Source: Synechococcus sp. UW140 (GTDB lineage: Bacteria > Pseudomonadota > Gammaproteobacteria > Burkholderiales > Burkholderiaceae_C). From it: a stretch of 64,000 bases of DNA. The notes beneath the pieces are model-generated. The model had not been told where the DNA came from and searched no databases. It saw nothing but the letters and a program-made list of their open reading frames with translations. Made by a program: the position numbers and the translations under genes. Shown here in pieces: positions 10,153 through 19,694 of this stretch; the stretch's first letter is position 1, and every line of letters begins with the position of its first letter. The stretch is from contig CALRSS020000003.1 in assembly GCA_943370905.1 (NCBI GenBank), positions 172,183 through 236,182 of the forward strand. The letters run 5' to 3'.

Positions 10153-10599
10153 ATGTTTGACCCGAACTTCGGCGCCGAGATCCCCTTTGTCACCCACTTG
10201 GGGTTCACGCTGGACGTATTCGAGGGCGGCGAGTCGGAGCTGGGCTACACACCAGCCCCCGAGCACCTCAATTCCTTTGCTGTGGCGCACGGCGGGGCCG
10301 TCATGACGCTGCTCGACGTCACCATGGCCACCGCGGCGCGCAGTGTGCAGAAAGACATGGGCGTGGTCACCATCGAGATGAAGACCAGCTTCATGCGGCC
10401 CGCGCCCGGTGACGGCAGCAAGCTCACCGGCAAAGGCCACCTGATCCACCGCACCGCCACGCTCGCCTTCACCGAGGCCACCCTGTTTGACGCCGCCGGA
10501 CAGGCCTGCGCGCACTCGACGGGTACCTTCAAGTACGTCAGGCGCCGGCCGGCTGAGGCGCAGAGCGGCAGCGGTGCCGGCACCCTTTCAACCGATTGA
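10153..10599 (+). CDS. PaaI-family hotdog thioesterase
   Basis: NSFAVAHGGAVMTLLDVTM motif; start at MFDPNF just after the upstream stop. Confidence 0.88.
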   Translation: MFDPNFGAEIPFVTHLGFTLDVFEGGESELGYTPAPEHLNSFAVAHGGAVMTLLDVTMATAARSVQKDMGVVTIEMKTSFMRPAPGDGSKLTGKGHLIHRTATLAFTEATLFDAAGQACAHSTGTFKYVRRRPAEAQSGSGAGTLSTD

Positions 10600-10666
10600 G
10601 CACGACTGATCACCGACTGATCATCGATGGAGGCACCAGCCTCCACCCACCCCACCGGAGACCCCC

Positions 10667-11683
10667 ATGCCCGTCAACCAGCAAATCCTTCTCGACAACC
10701 GGCCCGTGGGCGAGGCAGCGGCCAGCAACTTCATGCTGGTGTCCAGTGACACGCCGCCCTTGCAGGACGGCCAGGTGCTTGTCCGCCACCATTTCCTGAG
10801 TCTCGACCCGTACATGCGCGGGCGCATGAGCGACAGCAAAAGCTACGCCGTACCGCAGGCGCTCGGCCAGGTGATGCAGGGCGGCACGGCAGGTGAGGTG
10901 GTGGAAAGCCGCTCGCCGAAATTCCAGCCCGGCGACAAGGTCGTCGGCATGGGCGGCTGGCAGCAGTACAGCGTGGTCAACCCCGATCAGCCGGGTGCCT
11001 TGCGCAAGGTCGATACCACCCATGTGCCGCTGTCGCATTACCTCGGCGCGGTCGGCATGCCGGGCGTGACGGCCTGGTACGGCCTGGTGAAGATCATCGA
11101 ACCGAAGGCTGGCCAGACGGTGACGGTCAGCGCCGCCTCGGGCGCTGTGGGCAGCGCGCTGGGTGCGCTGGCCAAGGCACGCGGCTGCCGCGTAGTGGGC
11201 ATTGCCGGTGGTACGGACAAGTGCCGCTACGTCACCGATGAACTCGGTTTTGATGCCTGCATCGACTACCGCCAGCACGACAACGCGGCCTCGCTGTCGG
11301 CGGCCCTGCAGGAGGCTTGCCCGAGCGGTATCGACGGCCATTTTGAAAACGTCGGCGGCATGGTGCTCGATGCGGTGTTGCCGCGCATGAACGCGTTTGG
11401 CAGCGTGGCGCTGTGCGGCATGATTGCCGGGTACGACGGCAAGCCGGTGCCCCTGACGCAACCGGCGCTGATCCTGATCAGCCGCCTGAAGATACAGGGC
11501 TTCATCGTCAGCGAGCACATGGAGGTGTGGCCCGAGGCGCTGGCAGAACTCGGCGCGCTGGTGGGCTCTGGCAAGCTGCGGCCGCGCGAGAGCGTGGCGC
11601 AGGGGCTGGAAGCCGCGCCCGAGGCGTTTCTGGGCCTCCTCAAAGGCCGCAACTTCGGCAAGCAACTGGTCAAGCTGCTCTGA
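10667..11683 (+). CDS. NADP-dependent oxidoreductase (prostaglandin reductase/CurA-like MDR)
   Basis: LSLDPYMRGRM, GMPGVTAWYGL, SAASGAVGS, NFGKQLV. Confidence 0.93.
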   Translation: MPVNQQILLDNRPVGEAAASNFMLVSSDTPPLQDGQVLVRHHFLSLDPYMRGRMSDSKSYAVPQALGQVMQGGTAGEVVESRSPKFQPGDKVVGMGGWQQYSVVNPDQPGALRKVDTTHVPLSHYLGAVGMPGVTAWYGLVKIIEPKAGQTVTVSAASGAVGSALGALAKARGCRVVGIAGGTDKCRYVTDELGFDACIDYRQHDNAASLSAALQEACPSGIDGHFENVGGMVLDAVLPRMNAFGSVALCGMIAGYDGKPVPLTQPALILISRLKIQGFIVSEHMEVWPEALAELGALVGSGKLRPRESVAQGLEAAPEAFLGLLKGRNFGKQLVKLL

Positions 11684-11737
11684 AGCGCATCCCTGCGGCG
11701 GCTGATCTCTTCAAGGCAAGACACCAGGCCAGACACC

Positions 11738-13396
11738 ATGCAAGCCACCCATGAAGTCTTCAACCAGCCCTTGCCGCTGGCGGACTACAACCTGTTCAGC
11801 AGCAACCGCCCCTTGCAGGACGCGCTGGCCTTCAACGCGCCCGCACTGGACACCACCGCCCTGACGGCGCTGGGCGCCACGCTGGGCAATGCCGCCATGC
11901 AGACCCATGCACGCCTGGCGAACCTCCATGCGCCGGTGCTGCACAGCCACGACCGCTTTGGCCGCCGTATTGACCAGGTGGAGTTTCACCCCAGCTACCA
12001 CGCACTGATGGCCCTGGCCACCAGCGCCGGTCTTCACGGCACGCCCTGGCGCGACGAAGGCCCGTCACCGCATGTGCACCGGGCAGCGGGTTTCATGCTG
12101 TTCACCGAACTGGAGCCATCGGTCCTGTGTCCGATTTCGATGACCTATGCCGCTGTGCCGGCCCTGCGGGGCAACACGGCGATCAACGCCGACTGGCTGC
12201 CCGGGCTGACCAGCCGCGCTTACGATGCCGAGCTCAAACCGTGGCAGGCCAAGGCCGGGCTCACGATGGGCATGGGCATGACCGAAAAGCAGGGTGGCTC
12301 GGACGTGCGCGCCAACACCACGCAGGCGGCACGGTCTGGTCAGGATGGCTGGGGTGAGCGCTACACCGTCACCGGTCACAAATGGTTTTTCTCGGCGCCC
12401 ATGTGCGACGCCTTCCTGATCCTGGCGCAAACAGAAGGTGGCCTGAGCTGCCTGTTTCTGCCCAGGGTGCTGCCCGATGGCAGCCTCAATGCCATCCGCA
12501 TTCAGCGCCTGAAAGACAAGCTGGGCAACAAGGCCAATGCGAGCAGCGAGGTGGAATTCGAGGGCGCCCAGGCCTGGCTGGTCGGCCAGGAGGGCCGCGG
12601 CATTCCGCAAATCCTCGAAATGGGCAGCATGACCCGGCTCGATTGCGCCCTGGGCACCAGCGGCCTGATGCGGCAGGCGCTGAGCCTTGCGCTCAACCAC
12701 ACGGTCCAGCGCCAGGCCTTTGGCAAGCGGCTGATCGATCAGCCCCTGATGCGCCATGTGCTGGCCGATCTGGCGCTGGAGTCCGAGGCTGCCACGGCGC
12801 TGGCCCTCCGGCTGGCCCGTGCTTTTGACCACCCCGGCGATGCCTACGAGGCCGCGATCGCGCGCTTGTTGACACCGGTCGCCAAGTTCTGGATCTGCAA
12901 ACGCGGCAGCCATTTCGCCCAGGAGGCCATGGAGTGCCTGGGCGGCAACGGCTACGTCGAGGCGGCGGGTGAGGGCGTCATGGCCCGCATCTACCGCGAG
13001 ATGCCGCTCAACTCCATCTGGGAAGGCCCGGGCAACATCATGGCGCTGGACTTGCTGCGTGCCACGCGAAAGCCCGACGTGGTGGCCGCCCTGGCGCAGG
13101 AGCTGGCCCTTGCCAAAGGTGCCCACCCTGCACTGGACCGGCTGGCGGCAGCGCTGTCGGCGCGGCTGGACGGCACCACCAGCGAACCTGAAGCACGCCA
13201 GCTGGCGCAGGACGTGGCCCTTGCCGTACAGGCGGCGCTGCTGTGCCGCAGTGCTCCGCCGGCCGTCTTCAGCGCCTTTTGTGATTCACGCCTGACCAGC
13301 GGCCGGGGGCAGGTGTTCGGCACACTGGGCCCGGGCGCCGATGTGGACAGCATCATCAGCCGGGCCATCCCCACATCACCCAGCAACATTTCATGA
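11738..13396 (+). CDS. aidB: AidB-family acyl-CoA dehydrogenase-like flavoprotein
   Basis: N-terminal THEVFNQP, MTEKQGGSD, KLGNKANASSEVE, NSIWEG. Confidence 0.85.
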   Translation: MQATHEVFNQPLPLADYNLFSSNRPLQDALAFNAPALDTTALTALGATLGNAAMQTHARLANLHAPVLHSHDRFGRRIDQVEFHPSYHALMALATSAGLHGTPWRDEGPSPHVHRAAGFMLFTELEPSVLCPISMTYAAVPALRGNTAINADWLPGLTSRAYDAELKPWQAKAGLTMGMGMTEKQGGSDVRANTTQAARSGQDGWGERYTVTGHKWFFSAPMCDAFLILAQTEGGLSCLFLPRVLPDGSLNAIRIQRLKDKLGNKANASSEVEFEGAQAWLVGQEGRGIPQILEMGSMTRLDCALGTSGLMRQALSLALNHTVQRQAFGKRLIDQPLMRHVLADLALESEAATALALRLARAFDHPGDAYEAAIARLLTPVAKFWICKRGSHFAQEAMECLGGNGYVEAAGEGVMARIYREMPLNSIWEGPGNIMALDLLRATRKPDVVAALAQELALAKGAHPALDRLAAALSARLDGTTSEPEARQLAQDVALAVQAALLCRSAPPAVFSAFCDSRLTSGRGQVFGTLGPGADVDSIISRAIPTSPSNIS

Positions 13397-13424
13397 CCAC
13401 CGATAACACCTCCAGGAGACTCCC

Positions 13425-14363
13425 ATGAGCGAACTGATTCTTCACCATTACCCTCTGTCACCCTTCGCGGAAAAAGCCCGGCTTGTGCTGGGCGCGAAAA
13501 AGCTGGCATGGAAGTCCGTGATCATTCCGTCCATCATGCCCAAGCCGGACCTGGTGACCCTGACGGGCGGCTACCGCAAGACGCCGGTGCTGCAGATCGG
13601 CGCCGACATCTACTGCGACACCGCGCTGATCTGTGACGTGCTGGAACACCTGCAGCCCGAACCGGCGCTGTACCCGGTGCATGCCAAGGGACTGGCCCGC
13701 ACGCTGTCGCACTGGGCCGACACCACGCTGTTCTGGACGTCCATGGCGTACAACACCCAGCCCAAGGGTTTTGCGCAACTGTTTGAAAAAACCGGCCCCG
13801 AAGCGGCCCGTGCCTTTGGTGAAGACCGCAAGGCCATGAGCGCCGGCATGACGCGCATCCGGTCCGTCGATGCAGCGGCCGGTTACCGATCCTTCCTGCG
13901 CCGCATTTCCCACATGCTGGGTGAGCACCCTTTTCTGCTCGGCGAGGCGCCTTGCGTGGCCGACTTCTCCATGTACCACCCGCTGTGGTTCACCCGCGTG
14001 CGCACACCGGTCCTGGCGGACATCCTGAACGCCACACCGCTGGTGCTGGAGTGGATGGACCGCATGGCGGCCCTGGGCCACGGGACGATGGAAAAATTTT
14101 CGGCCGAAGGCGCCATCGCTGTTGCTGCAGCAGCCACGCCAGCCGCGCTGTCGGACGATGCGTTTCAGGACGAGCATGGCATTCCGCTCGGCAGCCGCGT
14201 GGTCATCGCCAGCGAAAGCTTTGGACCGGAGCCCACCGAAGGCGAGCTGCTGGCCGCCACCCGCATGCACTACACGCTGCGCCGTACCGACGAACGCGTT
14301 GGCACGGTACACGTGCACTTCCCGCGCATTGGCTACGCCCTGAAAGCCGCCACGCCAGCATGA
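13425..14363 (+). CDS. Glutathione S-transferase family protein
   Basis: LHHYPLSPFAEK, GYRKTPVLQIGADIYCDT GST N-domain. Confidence 0.9.
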   Translation: MSELILHHYPLSPFAEKARLVLGAKKLAWKSVIIPSIMPKPDLVTLTGGYRKTPVLQIGADIYCDTALICDVLEHLQPEPALYPVHAKGLARTLSHWADTTLFWTSMAYNTQPKGFAQLFEKTGPEAARAFGEDRKAMSAGMTRIRSVDAAAGYRSFLRRISHMLGEHPFLLGEAPCVADFSMYHPLWFTRVRTPVLADILNATPLVLEWMDRMAALGHGTMEKFSAEGAIAVAAAATPAALSDDAFQDEHGIPLGSRVVIASESFGPEPTEGELLAATRMHYTLRRTDERVGTVHVHFPRIGYALKAATPA

Positions 14364-14827
14364 GCGGCGTGAGCAGCATCGACATGGACTGGCAGTTCAC
14401 CGCGCTGGCGTCCCTGAGCGCGGCAGCGCTCTACGAGGTGCTGCAACTGCGCAGTGCGGTGTTTGTGGTCGAGCAGGCCTGCGTCTTCCAGGACATGGAC
14501 GGCGCCGATGCCGACGCCATGCACCTGCTGGGGCGGCAAGCCGGGCAACTGGTGGCCTATGCGCGCTGCTTCGATGCCGGTGTGAAGTATCCCGAGGCCA
14601 GCATAGGCCGGGTCGTCACGCACGCCTCTGCGCGCGGGCGGGGCGCCGGCCACGTGTTGATGAAGCAGGCGATCAACCAGTTGCATCGCCATTGGGGCCT
14701 GCAGCCGATCCGCATCGGAGCCCAGTCGCGCCTCGAGCAGTTTTACCGCCAGCACGGGTTTGTGCCCAGCGGCGCGCCCTACATTGAGGATGCCATTCCC
14801 CACATTGAAATGCTGCGTCCTGCCTGA
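14360..14827 (+). CDS. elaA: ElaA-like GNAT acetyltransferase
   Basis: LYEVLQLRSAVFVVEQ, SIGRVV, IRIGAQ, EDAIPHIEM; ATGA overlap with the upstream gene. Confidence 0.85.
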   Translation: MSGVSSIDMDWQFTALASLSAAALYEVLQLRSAVFVVEQACVFQDMDGADADAMHLLGRQAGQLVAYARCFDAGVKYPEASIGRVVTHASARGRGAGHVLMKQAINQLHRHWGLQPIRIGAQSRLEQFYRQHGFVPSGAPYIEDAIPHIEMLRPA

Positions 14828-14878
14828 GCCGGGCAGGGCGATTTCACCCACAGATAACTTGCCAACAAGGAGCAAACC

Positions 14879-15784
14879 ATGATCACCGATTTCAAAGGCA
14901 AAACCGCCGTCCTCACTGGCGCAGGTTCGGGTTTCGGACTCGAATGCGCCCGCCTGGGCGCCACACTGGGGATGAACCTCGTGCTGGTCGATGTACAGCA
15001 GGACGCGCTTGACAAGGCCGCAGCCGAAATGACGGCGGCAGGCGCGCAGGTGTTGTCCTTCAGGCTGGATGTGTCCAACGCCGGGCAGATGGAGTCCATG
15101 GGCCGCGCGGTGCTGGAGCGCTTTGGGGCGCCGCACCTGGTGTTCAACAACGCAGGCGTCGGCTCCGGTGGCCTGATCTGGGAGAACAGCGTCAAGGACT
15201 GGGAGTGGGTGCTGGGCGTCAACGTGATGGGTGTCGTGCACGGCGTGCGCATCTTCACCCCCATGATGCTGGAAGCCGCCGGCAAGGACCCGGATTGGCA
15301 GGGCCATATCGTCAACACCGCCAGCATGGCGGGCCTGCTGAACCCACCGAACATGGGCGTGTACAACGTCAGCAAGCATGCGGTGGTGTCGCTCAGCGAA
15401 ACGCTGTACCAGGATTTGGGTCTGGTGACGGACCAGGTCGGCGCCTCGGTGCTGTGCCCGTTCTTTGTGGCCACAGGCATTGGTGAGAGCCACCGCAACC
15501 GCCCGGCCGAACTCAAGGGTGACCAACCCACCCGCAGCCAGATGATCCAGCAGGCGATGACGGGCAAGGCGGTGAGCTCCGGCAAGGTCACGGCGGCCGA
15601 TGTGGCGCAGCGCGTGTTCGACGCGGTCGCCAGCAACCAGTTCTACATCTACAGCCACCCCAAGGCCATCCAGTCGGTGCAGACCCGGCTCGAAGACGTG
15701 CTGCAGGCACGCAACCCGACCGATCCGTTTGCCGACAAACCCGAGATCGGCGTGCAGTTGCGGGCTGCCCTTCGCGCGGGCTGA
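14879..15784 (+). CDS. SDR oxidoreductase
   Basis: TGAGSGFG, NNAG, YNVSK. Confidence 0.92.
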   Translation: MITDFKGKTAVLTGAGSGFGLECARLGATLGMNLVLVDVQQDALDKAAAEMTAAGAQVLSFRLDVSNAGQMESMGRAVLERFGAPHLVFNNAGVGSGGLIWENSVKDWEWVLGVNVMGVVHGVRIFTPMMLEAAGKDPDWQGHIVNTASMAGLLNPPNMGVYNVSKHAVVSLSETLYQDLGLVTDQVGASVLCPFFVATGIGESHRNRPAELKGDQPTRSQMIQQAMTGKAVSSGKVTAADVAQRVFDAVASNQFYIYSHPKAIQSVQTRLEDVLQARNPTDPFADKPEIGVQLRAALRAG

Positions 15785-15844
15785 TGGAGGAGGGCGATGG
15801 CACAGGCGGCTGACATGGGTTTGCGGGGCGAGGACAATCACGCC

Positions 15845-16474
15845 ATGCCTACATTTTTTCAGTCCCCTTCATTTCGTGCCCTGAAGTGGCTTGCCATCCT
15901 TTGCACGGCCTCGGCACTGCTGGTCGCTTGCAACGAAGCGCCCGGTACGGCAGCCCCGGCCACGGCCACCACCGAGCCGGTATCGGTGGCCACAATTGCC
16001 GCCGAGGCGGGCGGGTTCCCGGTCGGTTCTGCCATGAGCGCGCGGACCTATTACGTGTTTTTTGATGCGCAGTGCCCGCATTGCGGCGCGCTCTGGGAGG
16101 CCGCCAAACCGCTGAAGTCGCAAGCCCGCTTTGTCTGGATTCCGGTGGGCCTGCTCAACCCGTCAAGCACGTCCCAGGGCGCCACCTTGCTGGCGGCGAA
16201 AGACCCGGTGGCCGCGATGGACGCCCACGAGGCCTCTTTGCTGGGCAAGCAGGGCGGCATTTCAGCGGCGGGTGATATCGACGCGCAAAAAGCTGTGGTG
16301 GCCAAAAACACCGCCTTGCTGAACCGGTTCGGATTTGCCTCGATCCCCACCCTGGTGGGGCCGCACGCGCAGACCGGTGCACTGGTCACGCAGGAGGGCT
16401 CCTTGCCCACGTCGCAGCTGGCACAGTTGCTGGGCCTGCAGGTTCCTGCGGGCGAGACTGCCGTCAAGCCTTAG
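15845..16474 (+). CDS. DsbG/DsbC-like thioredoxin-fold (lipo)protein
   Basis: FFDAQCPHC active site, WIPVGLL, cis-Pro motif SIPT, lipobox-like LVAC. Start may instead be 15797. Confidence 0.8.
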   Translation: MPTFFQSPSFRALKWLAILCTASALLVACNEAPGTAAPATATTEPVSVATIAAEAGGFPVGSAMSARTYYVFFDAQCPHCGALWEAAKPLKSQARFVWIPVGLLNPSSTSQGATLLAAKDPVAAMDAHEASLLGKQGGISAAGDIDAQKAVVAKNTALLNRFGFASIPTLVGPHAQTGALVTQEGSLPTSQLAQLLGLQVPAGETAVKP

Positions 16475-16538
16475 CAGAGCCTGCTTTCTCGCACCGTGCC
16501 GGACCGCCCGGCGTGTCAGATGTCAGGCGGTGCAAGCT

Positions 16539-17102
16539 TCATAGCAAGTCCAGCTGGCCAGGCGGTTTCCACGGCTCGCACACCACGGGGTCGCCCATGT
16601 GCAGCCTGCCGCCCACCAGCACCCGGGCCGTCAGCCCGCCATGGCCGCACATGGCGTTGTAGCCGCCGGGGCCCAGCAGCTCTTCCATGCGCGAGCAGGG
16701 CTCGCACGAGCCGGTGATCTCCAACACCACCTCGCCGATGCGAAGCTGCATCGGCTGGTCGCGAAACAGTGACTTCGCGGCCAGCAGGTTCAGACCCGAC
16801 ACCACCAGATTGCGGCGCAGCAGCGCTGCGGGCACCGTCGCCAAACCACTGAGTGCCGCAATCACCGGAAGATGCTCGGCCTGGATCAAGGTCACCTGCC
16901 GTTTGCTGCCACCGGGCTGTGCCGCCCCGGAGGTGGCGATGCGGTCACCCCGCAGCCCGATACCCGCCAGTGCCAGGGTGGTGTCGACAGAATGCACAGC
17001 GGCACGGCGCGCAGGCCTGACAAGGATTTGCGTCAGCCGCCCGGGGCGCGGGAAGGTACGCATCAGGCTGCGCAGGTCGGGAGTTCGGTGTTCGGTCGGC
17101 AT
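16539..17102 (-). CDS. MOSC domain protein
   Basis: RQVTLIQAEHL, LRRNLVVSG, CEPCSRME, GHGGLTARV. Confidence 0.88.
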   Translation of the reverse strand: MPTEHRTPDLRSLMRTFPRPGRLTQILVRPARRAAVHSVDTTLALAGIGLRGDRIATSGAAQPGGSKRQVTLIQAEHLPVIAALSGLATVPAALLRRNLVVSGLNLLAAKSLFRDQPMQLRIGEVVLEITGSCEPCSRMEELLGPGGYNAMCGHGGLTARVLVGGRLHMGDPVVCEPWKPPGQLDLL

Positions 17103-17123
17103 CAGCGTGTCATGGTCGTTGCG

Positions 17124-17642
17124 TTAGGGCCCGGGAGTGAGTGCCCGGCGGATTCGGGCGACCATCCGCTTTGCACGGCCCTTCAGAACCCGACCCAGGC
17201 GCCACGGCCACGAGCCACGCATTTGCAGCAGCACGCGGTCTTTCCAGCGCTTCCAGGGTTTGTACAGGCGCGCGAACCACGCCATGGTCATCAGCGTGGG
17301 ATGGGTGAGCTGGAACAACCGTGCAGCGAGCGCGGTGCCCACCACCTTGGCGCCCACGATCAAACCCAGGCCGCTGGCCATATGGCCCCTGCCAAAAAGG
17401 TACAGGGCCAACAGCTTGAGGGGCAGCAGCATCAGCACCGGCACGCCGAAAAGCAGCAGGGCCGCCCAGGGGGGACGGCTCGCAATCCAGCGCTCCAGGC
17501 GCCCCCACAAGGGCAATCTCGCCAGCACCGCAAACCCGGCGGCAAGCTGTTCCCAACCCCACTCCTCGAACAGCACCAGCAGCGCTAATGGTGTGATGAG
17601 GGCGGCGCGGAGCCATTTTTTCAGCCTGGCGAAGGGTGACAT
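17124..17642 (-). CDS. Hypothetical membrane protein
   Basis: Coherent ORF with hydrophobic segments (LFEEWGW, LLLFGVPVLMLLPLK); no function recognised. Confidence 0.7.
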   Translation of the reverse strand: MSPFARLKKWLRAALITPLALLVLFEEWGWEQLAAGFAVLARLPLWGRLERWIASRPPWAALLLFGVPVLMLLPLKLLALYLFGRGHMASGLGLIVGAKVVGTALAARLFQLTHPTLMTMAWFARLYKPWKRWKDRVLLQMRGSWPWRLGRVLKGRAKRMVARIRRALTPGP

Positions 17643-17663
17643 GAGGTCTTGTGGATCAGGCGG

Positions 17664-18014
17664 TCAGCCGGCCGGGTTCATGCTGCGGGTCCACACCAGC
17701 AGCAGGACGCCGGTCGCCAGAGTCCAGACCAGGGTGGCGAGCGTCAAGGTCATCGTCAAGGTGGCGCGCACGCTGAGCCAGTACACCGCCAGCAGGTACG
17801 CCGCATAGGGGATCAGCGAACAAAGGCCGAAGAGCGCCGTCGTACGCAGGTCGGACGGCGTGCGCTCGGTGCCGACGATGTAATGCGCGATCAGCGCAAA
17901 GGTGGGAAACAGCGGAACCAGGCCTGCGATGAAGAAGCTGCGCGAGCGGGACAGCAGCGCAATCGCCAGAACGGCGACGGCACCCAGCAGGCATTTGAGA
18001 AACAGTGAAAGCAT
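17664..18014 (-). CDS. GlpM/YdgC-family membrane protein
   Basis: IAGLVPLFPTFALIAHYIVG signature; 4 TM segments. Confidence 0.85.
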   Translation of the reverse strand: MLSLFLKCLLGAVAVLAIALLSRSRSFFIAGLVPLFPTFALIAHYIVGTERTPSDLRTTALFGLCSLIPYAAYLLAVYWLSVRATLTMTLTLATLVWTLATGVLLLVWTRSMNPAG

Positions 18015-18128
18015 GGCGGGTGGATGTCCTGAAGATCGGCACGGGTGCCGCGCTTCAGTGTAGCCAAGCGCGCTGTCCGCGCAGCGGTGGGCATACCCGT
18101 CGATGCGTGGTGGAAAGTGCGGACCGGG

Positions 18129-18875
18129 TCAGCTCTGGCATTGCAGGCTCAGGGCCTGCAGCGTGCTGCCGGTTTGGGGGTCGAACACGACCAGATTCAC
18201 CTGCCGCTCGTGGCCGGGGGTTGGTGCAATGCTGCGGAAGGTCAACTTCTGGCCAGCACCGGGGGCAGGTTTGTATTCGCCGGCTTGCGTGTACTGCCGC
18301 ACGACAAAGTCATGTTTCAGGTATTCGCCCCTGTTTTCACCGGCCTGCACTTTGGAGGCGTGGCCGTGCTCGGTCACTGTCCAGTAAGCTGACCAGCTGG
18401 CCGGCACCTGCGGCCCGGGCAGGGCGGTCACCGAGGCCTCGAACTGGTCAGGCGCCAGTTGCTGCAGCGTGATGCTGGCCCTGGCGGGCTCTTTGGACTT
18501 GGGCTGGCCGCCCCAGTTGCTCCAGTCGCGGCCATCGAGCACGGCCTGGGGCGTGTAGATGCTGCGCAGCTTGTTGCGGGCGGCCACGTCGCGCTGGCGG
18601 TTGGTGTAAGCGGGCGCCGCAAACCGGTCGACCCAGCCGATGTAGTCCCAGTAGCCGACATGGAAGGCTTGCACCACCACATCCTTGCCCTTGAGGGAGG
18701 AGGCCCATTTGTCGGCAGGCGGGCAGGAACTGCAGCCCTCCGAGGTGTAGAGCTCCACCACCGGCGTGACGGTGGGCCCGGAAGTGGCCGAACATGCCCC
18801 GGGAGCGGCAAAGGCGGCAGTGGTCATCACCAGCAGGGTACTGGTGGCGAGGAATTGCTGGACGGCTGGCAACAT
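18129..18875 (-). CDS. DUF1223 secreted thioredoxin-like protein
   Basis: Signal peptide; VVELYTSEGCSSCPPAD, FHVGYWDYIGW, YTPQ. Confidence 0.88.
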   Translation of the reverse strand: MLPAVQQFLATSTLLVMTTAAFAAPGACSATSGPTVTPVVELYTSEGCSSCPPADKWASSLKGKDVVVQAFHVGYWDYIGWVDRFAAPAYTNRQRDVAARNKLRSIYTPQAVLDGRDWSNWGGQPKSKEPARASITLQQLAPDQFEASVTALPGPQVPASWSAYWTVTEHGHASKVQAGENRGEYLKHDFVVRQYTQAGEYKPAPGAGQKLTFRSIAPTPGHERQVNLVVFDPQTGSTLQALSLQCQS

Positions 18876-19013
18876 AGGACATCTCCATGAGGTGGATGCC
18901 CGCGCTGTGCCGCTGACGAAAAAAGCTTGCCGGCAGCGTTGGCGGGCAAGCGTTGGTCGTGTCCGGTGCCGTGTTCTTACAGCGCCGGACGCCAGCCCAA
19001 CGCCCGCTTGCCG

Positions 19014-19535
19014 TCAGAGGAGTGGCGCGCTGTGCGCCATGCGGTCAGGCATGGGCACTGCGAGCGGGCGGCGCTCCAGCCGGTCTTCCAGCTGGCCCAT
19101 GTGCGCAGCCAGACTGTTGTCGGACTGCTCCAGCCGGGCCAGCAAGGCTTTTTGTTGCTGGGCAAAGCGCTCGGCCAGCACCGTGCCATGCGCGGCTTCG
19201 CGCTGCTGTGCGGCCAGGGCCTGTACTTCGATGTAGCTGCGCAGCTCGGTAAAGCGGGACGCCTCGGCCTTGTCAGCCAGTTCGCGCTGGGCGCTGAGCT
19301 GGCGCGCATAGTTGCGCATTTCCAGCAGATTGGTGCTTTGCATGTAGAGCGTGCTGGCCAGGAACACCACGGTGGCCACCACCAGCAGCAGCAACATCAC
19401 CAGACCCAGCGACACCTGCACGGTGGTAAAGCCCAGGCTCAAGACGCTGACGCGGGTGAACTCGTCCACATTCAGTGCCACAAAGGCCGCCAGCAGCATG
19501 ATGGAAATAACCAGTAAAAGGGTACGGACGCGCAT
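19014..19535 (-). CDS. LapA-like (DUF1049-type) membrane protein with coiled tail
   Basis: Two N-terminal TM helices (AFVALN...SLG...LGLVML) followed by a helical charged tail. Confidence 0.6.
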   Translation of the reverse strand: MRVRTLLLVISIMLLAAFVALNVDEFTRVSVLSLGFTTVQVSLGLVMLLLLVVATVVFLASTLYMQSTNLLEMRNYARQLSAQRELADKAEASRFTELRSYIEVQALAAQQREAAHGTVLAERFAQQQKALLARLEQSDNSLAAHMGQLEDRLERRPLAVPMPDRMAHSAPLL

Positions 19536-19694
19536 GGGAATCTCCAGAAGTTCTGGTGTCAAGCATGCGCGCCATCCCATCCTCTGTCTGTAGGAAATCG
19601 ACCATTCCGATGGTGTGACATGACCGTCTGTTGCCGTGCTGGCAGGGAAAACGAGGTGGGTCGGCGTGTTCCCATCATCCCTTGTCGTCCCCAG

